The translations under genes and the position numbers were made by a program. The notes beneath the pieces were generated by a model. That model searched no databases. It was not told the origin of the DNA and saw only the letters and a program-made list of their open reading frames with translations. From positions 178,080 through 242,079 of the forward strand of contig CAZKPX010000002.1 in the NCBI GenBank assembly GCA_964554805.1: DNA of 64,000 nucleotides, given 5' to 3'. How positions within the stretch are numbered: the first letter of the stretch is position 1; each line of letters opens with the position of its first letter. Positions 9,188 through 20,022 of this stretch are shown here, one piece after another. Origin of the DNA: an uncultured Candidatus Saccharibacteria bacterium (GTDB lineage Bacteria > Patescibacteriota > CAZHWT01).

Positions 9188-11290
9188 TCATTCTAATTTT
9201 AAGAATTTAGGTATAGATTGCTTATATTTGGCTGCAAATGCTAGGTCTACTTTTTGCACCGGATTGGAGCCTAGGAATGCCAGCAAGGAATCTAATTGTC
9301 GTTGACGGGTGTTTTTATCGTCGATATCAGCAATTTTAGCTATGTCTGATTCTAAGGCAAAATACTTTAGCTTATCGTCCAATGGTAGTTGCCAGAAGAG
9401 CAAGAATCCGCGTTCAGGAAAATCAATATCTATACTCCTGTAGCAATGCAGCATGACTTCCTTTTCTAGCTCTAGGAGCACTTGCTCTGTACTTGCTTTG
9501 GTTTGATCTATATCTGAAATATCAGCCGGAGGCGAACCTATCTCGAAGTACATTTTTATTTTAGGTTCAGTGCCGGATGGCCTAACAGTAACTTTTATAT
9601 CCTGACCATCTACTCCTGAATCAAGTTTGAAGATCAATACATCCTTGGCTGCTAAGTCAGTGTCAGACACAATCGGCAGCCTGGTTCGGCAGTCCTCGAA
9701 GCTTTGAACTGCAAACCTACCAAATTTTTGAGGCGGATTGGTGCGCAAGCTATTTTGTATCTGATCTATTTTTTCCTTACCAGTTGCACCTAGCATCCTG
9801 ATCTCTGTTAAGTAATTTCGGAAGTAGCCATATTCAGCATACATCTGATTCAGATAATCAACCAGCGTTTGCCGATCATCCTTTAATTCGGCTGCCAGCT
9901 CGGATAGCCAAACTGCTGCAGTGACCGCGTCTTTGTCTCGAGCATAGTCGCCAGCTAGATAGCCATGACTTTCCTCGCAACCAAATAAGAATCCATCTAT
10001 TTTTTCCTGCTCTTGTAACCTATTCATCACATCGCCGACATATTTGAATCCGATAAGTAAGTCACCCACCACATCAACGCCATTCATCTGACATATGCGC
10101 GCTACTAAATCCGTAGTTACAATGGTTTTAATAATGGTTTCTGAGCCATTGAAGCCAGCTTTCTTTTTATTAATGACATACGAAGTTAGGATAGCTGCAA
10201 TTTCATTGCCGTTAATAAACTGCCACTGGCCTTGGTGTTTAGCCATAACTCCAATTCTATCAGCATCGGGATCACTATTGAGAATAATATCGGCGTCTTG
10301 ATTTTTGGCAAATTCTAAAGTGGTATCAAATGACTGAATTACTTCAGGGTTTGGAATATTAAAAGTAACATTTTCAAATCTACCGCTTGGATTTGATGTC
10401 TTGGGATCGCTAACCACGCTAAAGCCCAGGTTTGACAGGACTTTTAGAACAGAGGTAGATCCACATCCATGCATCGGTGTGTAAATGATATTTATGTTTC
10501 GAGCTTCAGATAGCGATATGGCGGAAGCCTGAGCCAAATATTCAGTATCAAGTTTAGTTCCAAGGACTGTGATTAGTCCTTGATCCATTGCCTGCTGATA
10601 ATCCATGACTTGAATGTCGGTGACCTGCTGAGTGACTTCTGTCACTAAGGCCTCGTCTTCAGGTGGTATGAGCTGTCCGCCAAACTCATCATAAACTTTT
10701 TTGCCATTATGATTGGGTGGATTGTGAGAAGCGGAGAAGACTACTCCGGCTACTGTGTGTAAATGTCTTACGCTAAAGGAAAGCTGAGGTGTTGTTCGAA
10801 TATCGTCAAAGACATAGACTTTAAGACCATTAGCAGCATACACTTTGGCTGCGGCTAAAGCTAAATCCTTACTGGTTATATTTAAAACAGGATTAGGTAT
10901 GTCATTACTGAAATATTTATTGCCGATGAATTGTCGAACATCGTAGGCGAATACTACTCCTCGTTCTTTGGCTTGTAGTCCATATTGTTTGAGGAGAAAT
11001 TGCGAGTGACCTTGGGCTGATGCCTGGATAGTCCATTGATTAATACGATTTGGACCGACTCCCACCTCACCTCGCCTACCTCCGGTGCCGAATGGAATTA
11101 CCTGATAAAAAGAATCTAGCAAATAATCCCAGTGCTCTTGTTCAATAAGATGCTTGATTTGTGGGGTAAAGTCTGAAAACTGACTATCTGCTAACCACTG
11201 CTGGAGAAAACCTAAGGCGCTATCTTGATACTTAGGACTGACTTTTAATGAAGCAAATCCTTGCCTGGCTTTTTCGATGTATTCAGACAT
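9188..11290 (-). CDS. Phosphoglucomutase/phosphomannomutase family protein with a ~120-aa C-terminal extension
   Basis: It carries the active-site phosphoserine loop SASHNPPNHNG. The four alpha-D-phosphohexomutase domains are followed by extra C-terminal sequence, for 700 aa in total. Confidence 0.8.
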   Translation of the reverse strand: MSEYIEKARQGFASLKVSPKYQDSALGFLQQWLADSQFSDFTPQIKHLIEQEHWDYLLDSFYQVIPFGTGGRRGEVGVGPNRINQWTIQASAQGHSQFLLKQYGLQAKERGVVFAYDVRQFIGNKYFSNDIPNPVLNITSKDLALAAAKVYAANGLKVYVFDDIRTTPQLSFSVRHLHTVAGVVFSASHNPPNHNGKKVYDEFGGQLIPPEDEALVTEVTQQVTDIQVMDYQQAMDQGLITVLGTKLDTEYLAQASAISLSEARNINIIYTPMHGCGSTSVLKVLSNLGFSVVSDPKTSNPSGRFENVTFNIPNPEVIQSFDTTLEFAKNQDADIILNSDPDADRIGVMAKHQGQWQFINGNEIAAILTSYVINKKKAGFNGSETIIKTIVTTDLVARICQMNGVDVVGDLLIGFKYVGDVMNRLQEQEKIDGFLFGCEESHGYLAGDYARDKDAVTAAVWLSELAAELKDDRQTLVDYLNQMYAEYGYFRNYLTEIRMLGATGKEKIDQIQNSLRTNPPQKFGRFAVQSFEDCRTRLPIVSDTDLAAKDVLIFKLDSGVDGQDIKVTVRPSGTEPKIKMYFEIGSPPADISDIDQTKASTEQVLLELEKEVMLHCYRSIDIDFPERGFLLFWQLPLDDKLKYFALESDIAKIADIDDKNTRQRQLDSLLAFLGSNPVQKVDLAFAAKYKQSIPKFLKLE

Positions 11291-11299
11291 ATGTATCTC

Positions 11300-11968
11300 C
11301 TAAAGTAAATCAGGGCGGCGTTGTTTGGTGCGTTCTGTTGATTGCTGGTGTCGCCACTCTTCTATCTTAGCATGATGGCCGGATAAAAGAATCTCTGGAG
11401 TTGGCCAGTCATTATAGGTTTCTGGGCGAGTGTATTGAGGGTATTCTAAGAGGCCAGCTGAGAATGATTCGTCGTCGAGGCTGAGTTGTTTGCCGACTAC
11501 GCCAGGAATTAATCTGACAGTAGCGTCGATGATGGCCATGGCTGGGATTTCGCCGCCGGTCAGGACGAAGTCGCCGATGGATAGTTCTCGGTCTACCAAA
11601 TGTTGGCGGATGCGTTCGTCGAAACCTTCGTAGTGACCGCAGAGGAAGATGAGATGATCTTTATGGCTTAGATCTTGAGCGGTGGATTGCTTGAAGGGCT
11701 GTCCTTGTGGTGTCATCAAAATGCGAATGGCCTTATGTTCCGGGTCGATCTGTTGCAAAGCTTTGTCAAAAGGTTCGACGCGGAGAACCATGCCTGCACC
11801 TCCACCGAAAGGTGGGCTGTCGACTGTGCCGTGCTGATCAATAGCCCAGTCCCGTAATTGATGAATGTGAAGTTCAAACAAATTATTGTCCTGAGCTTTT
11901 TTGAGCAAGCTCTCCCCCATTGGACCATCGAACATTTGTGGGAATAGTGTGATAACGTCAATTCTCAC
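11300..11968 (-). CDS. trmD: tRNA (guanine37-N1)-methyltransferase
   Basis: MRIDVITLFPQMF...SPPFGGGAGMVL is the TrmD SPOUT knot signature. Length is 222 aa. Confidence 0.9.
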   Translation of the reverse strand: MRIDVITLFPQMFDGPMGESLLKKAQDNNLFELHIHQLRDWAIDQHGTVDSPPFGGGAGMVLRVEPFDKALQQIDPEHKAIRILMTPQGQPFKQSTAQDLSHKDHLIFLCGHYEGFDERIRQHLVDRELSIGDFVLTGGEIPAMAIIDATVRLIPGVVGKQLSLDDESFSAGLLEYPQYTRPETYNDWPTPEILLSGHHAKIEEWRHQQSTERTKQRRPDLL

Positions 11969-12539
11969 TGATTAGCTCCTTGTTGATTTGATCTAGCAGC
12001 AGTTGATAGTCAATTTTATCAAAGTCAGTTGTATCTAAGAAGAATAAACTACCAGGCAAGTCTAATGGTTGATACTGTTGGTCGGCTGACTGGCCAGGTT
12101 GATTGATCAAGTCGGCTAAGCGTTGTTTATCCATATGTCCTGGATGGCGGTCTGGTCCGTGAGCTCTGTCAACAAAGCGCTGATGGCGGACATCCTCATC
12201 GGCCTGACAAAAAACTTGGATGATTTGATAGTTATGGCTATGCGCCAACTCAGTAATCTTTGGCTGATTATATTTAGCGTAGAAGGCTGTTTCGATGAGC
12301 AGATTTTGACCGAAGGGCATCAGTTTGGACAGCCATAGCCAAAGCAGCTCAAAGCTGGCTGCACCAATCTTAATGCTTTGATCAACAGTTTGATAATCGA
12401 AGTGATTGTATAGTTCTTCTTTGATATCGTCCTTAGATAAGAGTGGTATGCTTAGTTGTTGGCTAAGCCAGCGACTAGCATACGTTTTGCCTGAGCCTGG
12501 AGCGCCGTGGATGATAATGAGAGTTGGTTTGCTTGCCAT
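11958..12539 (-). CDS. AAA family ATPase / P-loop kinase-like protein
   Basis: It has a Walker A motif (IIIHGAPGSGKTYASRWL). It overlaps trmD by 11 nt, suggesting an operon. Confidence 0.6.
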   Translation of the reverse strand: MASKPTLIIIHGAPGSGKTYASRWLSQQLSIPLLSKDDIKEELYNHFDYQTVDQSIKIGAASFELLWLWLSKLMPFGQNLLIETAFYAKYNQPKITELAHSHNYQIIQVFCQADEDVRHQRFVDRAHGPDRHPGHMDKQRLADLINQPGQSADQQYQPLDLPGSLFFLDTTDFDKIDYQLLLDQINKELISEN

Positions 12540-12700
12540 ATCTGTGATTTTACCACAGCAATAGATTGGAATTCTGCTAGGAGCTATATTAAACTCAATA
12601 AGTTAATTTATGATTGCCTGATATAGCTATTTACAAATACCATTATCAGGTGTATTTTTATTTGGTTGTCACTTTTTACAATTCAGAAAGGCAGTTAACT

Positions 12701-14107
12701 ATGCGGATGCTTCGTATCAAACCGACTAGACTTAGCCAATCAATGACCTGGGTCATCTTGGCAATGATGGTTGCACTCACACCAGCAATGGCGGCAGAGT
12801 CGTCAGGAGGGTCTAGCCACCACTTCGGCACTGTCTTTCTGATGATGGCCATTGTTCTGATGGCTGGTAAACTTGGCAATATTGTAGAGAGATTCGGACA
12901 GCCTCCCGTTATTGGCGAGCTTCTTGCCGGTATTCTGTTGGCAGTTGCTGGCTATTTGGGCTTTAGTTTTATTGGTGACATTATTGCCAATGAAAATATC
13001 GCCTTTATCGCCAGCCTAGGCGCATTGATACTTCTGTTCTCAATCGGACTGGAGTCAAATATTGCTGAAATGAGCAAGGTTGGCGCTCGAGCGCTGCTTG
13101 TTGCCTTAATTGGCGTTGTCACACCATTCGCTATTGGAGTTTACGTATTGGGCCCATTGCTCTTCCCAAACGAAACTTTCAATGCTCACCTGTTTCTTGG
13201 TGCTTCATTAGTGGCAACGAGCGTAGGAATCACTGCTTCGGTCTTTAGGTCTTTGGGTATCAGCAAGACAAGGGCTGCTCAGACGGTTTTGGGCGCCGCA
13301 GTCATAGATGATGTTCTAGGTCTGATCGTGCTAGCAGTTGTTTCAGCTCTAGCTAGCGGCGGTGAAGCCACGCCTACCATGGTGGCTACAATGGCCATCA
13401 AATCGTTCGGATTCTTAGCAATTGCAATCATTGCCGGTCGGTTACTGGCAGGCCCGATTTCCCAGCTGTTTAGCTATGTAAGCAACGGTGTTGGGATGAA
13501 GCTGTCTGTTGCGTTGGCTTTGGCTTTAACTGTCGGCTACCTTGCTGAACTGTTTGGATTGGAGGCAATCATTGGCGCATTCGCTGCTGGATTAGTCTTG
13601 GACGCAGTCCACTTCCGCCATTATGCGGATCCAGAAATTGTCGAAGACCTCAAGAAGGCATCCTTTGCTAGCGATGTCGACGTCCGTCGTGTTGACCAAA
13701 TTATCAACAAGCACCGACATAGTCATATAGAGGATCTTATCAATCCTCTGTCGTTGATCTTCGTACCGATCTTTTTTGTATACACAGGAATGCAGATTGA
13801 TATCGCATCCCTGCTCAAGCCTGAGCTATACCTCTACGCGCTTATCATTTCCGTCTTAGCCATCATGGCTAAGGTTGTAGCGGGCGCTGCTGCTCAAGGT
13901 AGTATTCAAGAAAAATTGCTGGTCGGAGTTTCAATGGTGCCTCGCGGTGAAGTTGGACTGATCTTTGCCTCAACGGGTGCAATGTTAGGAGTCTTGACCG
14001 GCGATTTGTTTTCGGTGATAATTATGGTGGTGATCATTACCACTCTGGTATCGCCTCCAGTTATTACCAAGCTAGTATCCAAATCAAGGGTTACTAGCAG
14101 CCAATAG
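12701..14107 (+). CDS. Cation:proton antiporter (CPA family, Kef/NhaP-like)
   Basis: It is a polytopic membrane protein with the Na_H_Exchanger fold pattern (GELLAGILLG...). The start is set at the MRMLRIK Met, preceded by AAAGG. The ORF-track start at 12614 adds an unlikely 29-aa leader. Confidence 0.75.
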   Translation: MRMLRIKPTRLSQSMTWVILAMMVALTPAMAAESSGGSSHHFGTVFLMMAIVLMAGKLGNIVERFGQPPVIGELLAGILLAVAGYLGFSFIGDIIANENIAFIASLGALILLFSIGLESNIAEMSKVGARALLVALIGVVTPFAIGVYVLGPLLFPNETFNAHLFLGASLVATSVGITASVFRSLGISKTRAAQTVLGAAVIDDVLGLIVLAVVSALASGGEATPTMVATMAIKSFGFLAIAIIAGRLLAGPISQLFSYVSNGVGMKLSVALALALTVGYLAELFGLEAIIGAFAAGLVLDAVHFRHYADPEIVEDLKKASFASDVDVRRVDQIINKHRHSHIEDLINPLSLIFVPIFFVYTGMQIDIASLLKPELYLYALIISVLAIMAKVVAGAAAQGSIQEKLLVGVSMVPRGEVGLIFASTGAMLGVLTGDLFSVIIMVVIITTLVSPPVITKLVSKSRVTSSQ

Positions 14108-14126
14108 AAACCTAGTTGTTCGTTAC

Positions 14127-14164
14127 GCCCCGCACCAATTGGTGCGGGGCTATTTCATTTTTTA
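14127..14164 (+). terminator. Rho-independent terminator after the antiporter gene
   Basis: GC-rich hairpin GCCCCGCACC-AATT-GGTGCGGGGC, followed by TATTTCATTTTTT. Confidence 0.7.
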
Positions 14165-14191
14165 AAAACCAACCAACTCGGCTATTACTTT

Positions 14192-14548
14192 TTAATTAAG
14201 TATATTTTGAATAACTGTAGCTATGCCTACTATGGCTAGCATGAGTATAAGCAGGAGAATACTGGCGTTAGCTATTAATAATGCTTTGAGACTTCCGGTT
14301 CTTTTCTTGAATATGCCACCACCGAAGAAAAGCTGCATTAGCAGGAAGATGACAATGAAAATTATGAAGCCTTTGATTATCTCGATGCCGGCTGTGGATG
14401 TGGCGCCTTGATAGATGAGAAACAAAAACATGCCGATGATCAGAATTGGCGCTAGGCAACCAGACCAAAAGAATCTTGGCTTAGGAGATGGTTGATAAAA
14501 TTTTTGAGATGGATGATTGACGATTTCGCCTTGTAAGGGTTCGGACAT
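14192..14548 (-). CDS. Hypothetical small membrane protein
   Basis: 118 aa with two to three hydrophobic helices. No recognisable domain. Confidence 0.45.
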   Translation of the reverse strand: MSEPLQGEIVNHPSQKFYQPSPKPRFFWSGCLAPILIIGMFLFLIYQGATSTAGIEIIKGFIIFIVIFLLMQLFFGGGIFKKRTGSLKALLIANASILLLILMLAIVGIATVIQNILN

Positions 14549-14585
14549 AGATACGTAAGAAGTAATGAGAAGGAGAGATTAGTTT

Positions 14586-15605
14586 TTATTCTTTTGGTTT
14601 GGCGCCTAGGTGGGCGTAGCCGGTGGGGGTTATGACCCGGCCGCGGGGGGTGCGGGCGATCAGGCCTTGTTGGAGTAAGTATGGCTCTATGACATCTTCC
14701 AGGGTATTGCTATCATCGGCCAAGGAAGCAGCTAGTGTTTCCAATCCGGCTGGGCCTCCGTCAAACTTGTATAGTAATGTTTCTAAATAACGGCGGTCAT
14801 TGGCGTCTAGGCCAATCTGATCTACTTCGTGGAGATCGAGAGTTTTTTGAGCGGTCTGCATAGTGGCTCGACTTTGACCATCGACTGAGGCCACATCCCG
14901 GACTCGCTTCAGTAATCGATTGGCGATGCGGGGAGTGCCTCGGGAACGTTTGCCCAGCTCAATGGCAGCTTCGTCGTCTATTTCAAGATCCAAGACTCGG
15001 GCAGCCCGGCTAATAATTTGCTGTAGGTCATCTGCCTGATAAAACTCGAGGCGGTGCGTTAGTCCGAAACGATCTCTCAGTGGGCTCGATAATAAACCAA
15101 TTCTGGTTGTGGCGCCAATAAGGGTAAAGTGAGGCAGGTCCAGTCGAACTGTTTTGGCACCTACGCCTTTGCCGAGAATTATATCCAGACTAAAATCTTC
15201 CATGGCCGGATAGAGGACCTCTTCAACTTGGCGATTTAAGCGATGAATTTCATCTATAAATAATACTTCGCCGGGTTCAAGTGCAGTCAGGATCGAGGCC
15301 AGATCGCCAGCCCGTTCAATGGCTGGGCCTGAAGTAACGCGGACACTTTGGCCCATTTCTCGGCCAATAATATGGGCTAGTGTTGTCTTGCCAAGCCCAG
15401 GAGGGCCATACAACAATATATGATCAAGCGGTTGCTGGCGAGACTTGGCAGCAGCGAGTGAAATATCCAAGTGCTTTTTGAGCTTGGGCTGGCCAATGTA
15501 TTCGGCTAAGTATTGCGGACGAAGACTTAGCTCAACTACTTGTTCTTCTTCTGAAATTATACTGCTGGACAGGATTCCACTGTCTTGGTCTACGAGTTGG
15601 TCCAT
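14586..15605 (-). CDS. ruvB: Holliday junction branch-migration helicase RuvB
   Basis: Walker [12 protein letters not shown], the RuvB sensor motifs and the C-terminal winged helix are present. It sits in a ruvC-ruvA-ruvB order. Confidence 0.95.
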   Translation of the reverse strand: MDQLVDQDSGILSSSIISEEEQVVELSLRPQYLAEYIGQPKLKKHLDISLAAAKSRQQPLDHILLYGPPGLGKTTLAHIIGREMGQSVRVTSGPAIERAGDLASILTALEPGEVLFIDEIHRLNRQVEEVLYPAMEDFSLDIILGKGVGAKTVRLDLPHFTLIGATTRIGLLSSPLRDRFGLTHRLEFYQADDLQQIISRAARVLDLEIDDEAAIELGKRSRGTPRIANRLLKRVRDVASVDGQSRATMQTAQKTLDLHEVDQIGLDANDRRYLETLLYKFDGGPAGLETLAASLADDSNTLEDVIEPYLLQQGLIARTPRGRVITPTGYAHLGAKPKE

Positions 15606-15626
15606 ATAGATATAGTGTACCTTGGG

Positions 15627-16196
15627 CTATTTAGAAAGGAGCCGGAGTGACTGTTTTATTTGCTCTTCAAGAGATAAGCTGCTATCAATGGCTGATACTA
15701 CATTGACGACTTCTGCACCACTATAGCCAAGACTGGCCAGTGCCTGACCTATGTCTGTGTTGCCGGTGCTTGGCGTCATGTCTGGTGTTAATTGTGACAC
15801 AGCCACCTTATTGCGCAACTCTAAAATAATTCGCTCGGCATTCTTCTTGCCTATGCCAGAGACAGCGCTAAAGGCTGCAATATTACCAGTGGCGACGGCT
15901 GTTTGTATTTGATTGGCCGAGTAGGTTGACAAAACTGCTAATCCTAACTTGGGGCCGACTCCCGATACGCTGACTAGTAGCTCAAATAGCTGCTTATCAC
16001 TGACTGAGCTAAAACCATACAAGGTAATGGCATCTTCGCGGACAGCAGTATGGATATGGAGCGTTACCGCTTGATCGAGATGGAATGAATTTATTATATT
16101 TTGAGGCACATGGACTACATAGCCAACGCCTTGCACATCAATGATGAGGTAGCTAGCCTGGATTTCCGCCAAACTGCCATGCAATCGTCCAATCAT
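15627..16196 (-). CDS. ruvA: Holliday junction DNA helicase RuvA
   Basis: An OB fold with HhH motifs (GVGPKLGLAVL...GIGKKNAERI) is present. It overlaps ruvC by 4 nt. Confidence 0.9.
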   Translation of the reverse strand: MIGRLHGSLAEIQASYLIIDVQGVGYVVHVPQNIINSFHLDQAVTLHIHTAVREDAITLYGFSSVSDKQLFELLVSVSGVGPKLGLAVLSTYSANQIQTAVATGNIAAFSAVSGIGKKNAERIILELRNKVAVSQLTPDMTPSTGNTDIGQALASLGYSGAEVVNVVSAIDSSLSLEEQIKQSLRLLSK

Positions 16197-16720
16197 ACAG
16201 TTCGTCTCCCGGTTTTTACTTTGTAACCCTGTATGCTCGCATGCTGTTCAAGGCTATGGAGTGAGGTGTGGCATAAGGCAATAGCCAGAGCGTCAGCAGC
16301 ATCATCTGGCGATGGTTTGGTCGACAATTTTAAGAGAGTCTGCGTCATTAATTGCACCTGAGGTTTTTTGGCCATGCCATAGCCGCAAATTGACATTTTT
16401 ACTTGAAGCGGCGTGTACTCGGAGACTGGTGTTCCTGATTGCTCGATGGCCAACAATATCACGCCTCTGGCCTGGCTCACAATAACACCTGTTGTAATGT
16501 TAGTGTTGAAGAACAGCTTCTCAATAGCCACTGCTTCAGGTTTAAAATTGGCGAGCAATTGCTGCGTGTGGAGGTGCAGTTTGGCTAGCCTCTGCGAAGT
16601 AGTTAGGTCTTTGGCAGTCACAATGCAGCCGTAATCAACCACTTGATGCTTGCTGCCAATCGTTTCGATTATTCCATAGCCGGTCGTGGCTAATCCTGGG
16701 TCAAGTCCGAGAATGCGCAT
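16193..16720 (-). CDS. ruvC: Crossover junction endodeoxyribonuclease RuvC
   Basis: MRILGLDPGLATTGYGI... is an RNase H-like fold with catalytic Asp/Glu. Confidence 0.9.
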   Translation of the reverse strand: MRILGLDPGLATTGYGIIETIGSKHQVVDYGCIVTAKDLTTSQRLAKLHLHTQQLLANFKPEAVAIEKLFFNTNITTGVIVSQARGVILLAIEQSGTPVSEYTPLQVKMSICGYGMAKKPQVQLMTQTLLKLSTKPSPDDAADALAIALCHTSLHSLEQHASIQGYKVKTGRRTV

Positions 16721-16781
16721 ATATATACTATACCAAGATTGTTGCGATTAGCCAAACTTTACCCGAATACTAACCTACTAT

Positions 16782-16808
16782 AAATGCCACGGATAAACCA
16801 TGGCATTT
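16782..16808 (-). terminator. Possible weak terminator hairpin downstream of the SurA-like gene
   Basis: AAATGCCACGG-ATAAA-CCATGGCATTT (one mismatch). The minus-strand 3' flank is AT-rich. Confidence 0.3.
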
Positions 16809-16818
16809 ATAGTAACTA

Positions 16819-17820
16819 CTAAGAGCCGAATAGATTGGCTATGTCACCTGGAATACTGAGGACCTCATTGCGGAGGAAAGTCCAGAATGACAGGTTTGCA
16901 TGATCGAGATTGCTAGAAATAGTAGATTTTTCGGTTAATGATTGAACAAAAGTGGCAAACTCAGCCTCTTGCTTTTGCTCGACCAGCTGGATTTTGATTA
17001 GGTCTTTGATATTATCAAAGCCTCGGGTACCGTCCGGATCAAGAGTTTCTTTATTATTGTTGTAATAGTCCTGAACTTCTTGATCTGTAACAGAAATTCT
17101 GTCTTTGGTCAGCTCAACCAGAATCTGCTTGGTGCGAATTTGCTGGACTAGATGACTCTCGGGAATACCATATTGCTCCAATGCCTCTTGATAGGCAGCA
17201 GCACCACCTGATTCGTCAACAATTTTCTGCAATTCAGCCTGAATTACTTCGTCGGAAACATTGACGTTTTGATGATAGGCTTCTTGGGCGATTAAATGCT
17301 GCTGAGTTAATTGAGGCAAAGCTTGGGCGCCACCATTAATGAGTGTGTACGCATATAACTCGCTGGTCGGAATGTATTGCCCATTGACAACGCCGACGTA
17401 TGAGCGCTGCCACTGCCACCACACAGTCAAGCCGAACAGTACCACAAGCAGAATGCCAGCTAGCCACAACCATGGTTTGCGGGTGCGAGCTGCCTTGATG
17501 ACTGCCTTGCTTTTAGTTGACAGCTTTTGCTCACTGGGAATAGAAGAGGTTCGATGAGTTACCAGATTGTCGTATGGGCTAGGAGCCGTAGATTCAACGA
17601 GCTCTGGCCCGACTGGGACAACTTCAATTTCTTCCTCGAGCAGATCCTGACCTTGATCATCAATAATTTCATCGGGGACATAGGTTGAAGTAACTTTGAG
17701 GTCGGCGTCCTTGTCGGACTCGGTATTGCTAACCGGTGTTGCTGTGTTTAGCTTGGCCTTGTCTTCGACTGGACGAGACTTGGCGGCCTTTTTGCGCTTT
17801 TTCTTTGCTGAATCTGCCAT
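16819..17820 (-). CDS. SurA N-terminal-domain-like periplasmic chaperone / PpiD-like protein
   Basis: A Lys-rich N-terminus and a TM anchor are followed by a SurA_N-like helical domain. An AGGAG SD lies 9 nt upstream, and a TTGCTT-18-TACACT promoter lies upstream. Confidence 0.5.
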   Translation of the reverse strand: MADSAKKKRKKAAKSRPVEDKAKLNTATPVSNTESDKDADLKVTSTYVPDEIIDDQGQDLLEEEIEVVPVGPELVESTAPSPYDNLVTHRTSSIPSEQKLSTKSKAVIKAARTRKPWLWLAGILLVVLFGLTVWWQWQRSYVGVVNGQYIPTSELYAYTLINGGAQALPQLTQQHLIAQEAYHQNVNVSDEVIQAELQKIVDESGGAAAYQEALEQYGIPESHLVQQIRTKQILVELTKDRISVTDQEVQDYYNNNKETLDPDGTRGFDNIKDLIKIQLVEQKQEAEFATFVQSLTEKSTISSNLDHANLSFWTFLRNEVLSIPGDIANLFGS

Positions 17821-17986
17821 ATTAGATATACTCCTATCTGAGTAAGTTTTACTGTTGCAGTGTAGCAGATGATTTCAAACTGAAGCAAGGGGCTGTTGAG
17901 AGACATGGCCACCGGCGGTGGCGAGACACGAGACATGAGCCGCGGCAGATCTTCTCTTCTGGTTTGGACTTATCCGCAGATATGAC

Positions 17987-18547
17987 TTACCTTGCAGTGA
18001 GCAGATAGGCAGCAATAGCGGCGGCGGTGATCACATTCAGCGATTTGCCTTGGCCGCGCATGGGGATATGAGTAACCAGGTCGGATAAACGTAATAATTG
18101 GTCAGAAACACCGTCAGTTTCATGGCCCAGAATGAGGCACAGCGGTCCATTGGTCGATAGTCTGGCAATATCTTGGCTGGAATCTGTTAACTCTAGAGCA
18201 ATTATAGTGACACCCTGCTGCTTGAGATGGCTGATTATGGGTTCAGGGTCTTCATGATATTCCCATTGGACTGAGTCCAAGCCCTCCAGAGCAGTTTTGG
18301 CGATTTGCTGTCGTTGTCGCTGATACTTCAGTCGATTATGCGGTGCGCCAGTGTGACCAGTAAGATACAGTTTGGTTAGTCCAAGACCGTCAGCTAGACG
18401 AAATAGCGAGCCGACATTGTAGAGGGAGCGGATGTTGTGGGCTAGGATGGACAACTCGACGTTGGTCGAGTTGGAGCGACAAGCGACGGGCGACGAGGAT
18501 TGGGCTGAATCTTGAATAGTATCTGGCATATTTTTATAATTCTGCAT
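17987..18547 (-). CDS. TrmH/SpoU family RNA 2'-O-methyltransferase
   Basis: It has SPOUT motifs (LILGHETDGVSD...IPMRGQGKSLNVITAAAIAAY). Confidence 0.8.
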   Translation of the reverse strand: MQNYKNMPDTIQDSAQSSSPVACRSNSTNVELSILAHNIRSLYNVGSLFRLADGLGLTKLYLTGHTGAPHNRLKYQRQRQQIAKTALEGLDSVQWEYHEDPEPIISHLKQQGVTIIALELTDSSQDIARLSTNGPLCLILGHETDGVSDQLLRLSDLVTHIPMRGQGKSLNVITAAAIAAYLLTAR

Positions 18548-18552
18548 GTGCT

Positions 18553-19905
18553 TTATAGGTTTTTGGATTTATCCTGACGGCTGGTTCTCATCGCTGGTCG
18601 CCCCGAGTGCAAGGAGCTAGTTTCCCAACCCCGAATAGGCCTATAAAAAACTGTGCCCTGCAAATTGTCGGGAAGATGCTGCTGATTTACCTGGGCGTCT
18701 GGAGCGTGGTGGGCATATTGATAGCCCTTGCCATAGCCAACCTTTTTCATAAATGTAGTTGGGGCATTGCGGAGATGGAGTGGCACAGGTTGATTGGGTG
18801 TTGTCTCGATAGAATGACGGACTTGATTGTAAGCTTGATAGACAGCATTTGATTTGGGAGCTAGGCTCAGATATATGACCAGCTCGGCTAAAATAACAGA
18901 ACTCTCTGGCATACCTATTTTTTCGATACTTGAAAACGTAGCTGAGGCTAGGATGAGAGCTTGGGGGTCGGCCAGGCCAATATCTTCGGCGGCGGCTCGT
19001 GTTAATCGTCGCGCTATGAATACTGGATCTTCGCCTGCTTCCAACATTCGCCCCAACCAATAGACAGCTCCCTGCGGGTCCGAGTCACGCAATGACTTAT
19101 GCAGAGCTGAAATAAGATTGTAGTGCTCTTCGCCAGTTTTATCATATAAAAGATGCTTGTGTTGGAGTGCCTGCTTGAGCAGCTCAGGTGTTATTTGCTT
19201 TTCTGTTGTAGACATAGCAAGCTGATATGCAATCTCCAGAGCGGTTAGCAACCGCCTGGCATCACCGTCGGAGCTTTGGATAAGCTGTTGCTGAGCGATC
19301 TCGTCAAGTGTCACAGCTTGCTTACTTGAGCTGGCATTGTTGCTGTGCTCTAATCCTCGTTGAAGAATTTGGGCCAGATGATCCGGTTGCAATGATTCAA
19401 GAATAAAGACCCGGCTTCGCGATAATAAAGCGCTGACAATTGAAAAGCTCGGATTCTCGGTGGTGGCTCCGATAAGAGTAAAGGTTCCCGATTCAACATG
19501 CGGCAGAAAGGCATCTTGTTGAGACTTGTTAAAGCGATGAATTTCATCAATAAAAACCAGGGTGGACTGTTTGTAGAGCTGTGTGCGAGCCTTGGCTTCT
19601 TGTACGACTTGCTTGATATCCGCAATGCCGCTGGTGACTGCTGAGAATTCCTTAAAATAGTAATTACTTTGCTTGGCCAACAACCTGGCGAGAGTTGTTT
19701 TGCCGCTACCTGGCGGCCCCCATAGTATTATTGACGGCAGTTTATCCTGCTGGCTTAGAACCGACAGGATCTTGCCTGGTCCCAGTAAATGATCTTGGCC
19801 AATGACTTGCTCAACAGTTTGCGGGCGGAGTTGATCGGCTAGTGGGCTTTGCTCAGAGGCTGTCGCGTCGGATTGGGTTGTGTCTGAAAAGCTAAATAAA
19901 TCCAT
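18553..19905 (-). CDS. rarA: Replication-associated recombination protein A (MgsA/RarA AAA+ ATPase)
   Basis: Walker A LWGPPGSGKTTLARLLA, the Walker B FIDEIHRF and the RarA C-terminal MgsA_C domain are present. Confidence 0.9.
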   Translation of the reverse strand: MDLFSFSDTTQSDATASEQSPLADQLRPQTVEQVIGQDHLLGPGKILSVLSQQDKLPSIILWGPPGSGKTTLARLLAKQSNYYFKEFSAVTSGIADIKQVVQEAKARTQLYKQSTLVFIDEIHRFNKSQQDAFLPHVESGTFTLIGATTENPSFSIVSALLSRSRVFILESLQPDHLAQILQRGLEHSNNASSSKQAVTLDEIAQQQLIQSSDGDARRLLTALEIAYQLAMSTTEKQITPELLKQALQHKHLLYDKTGEEHYNLISALHKSLRDSDPQGAVYWLGRMLEAGEDPVFIARRLTRAAAEDIGLADPQALILASATFSSIEKIGMPESSVILAELVIYLSLAPKSNAVYQAYNQVRHSIETTPNQPVPLHLRNAPTTFMKKVGYGKGYQYAHHAPDAQVNQQHLPDNLQGTVFYRPIRGWETSSLHSGRPAMRTSRQDKSKNL

Positions 19906-20022
19906 AGTACTTTCATTATTGGTATCTATTATATATGAATGCTATAGTTATGCCAAACAAAACCCGAATACTACAACTGTGCATACTGATTTAACTTCCG
20001 TGATATGACTATATAGGTTACA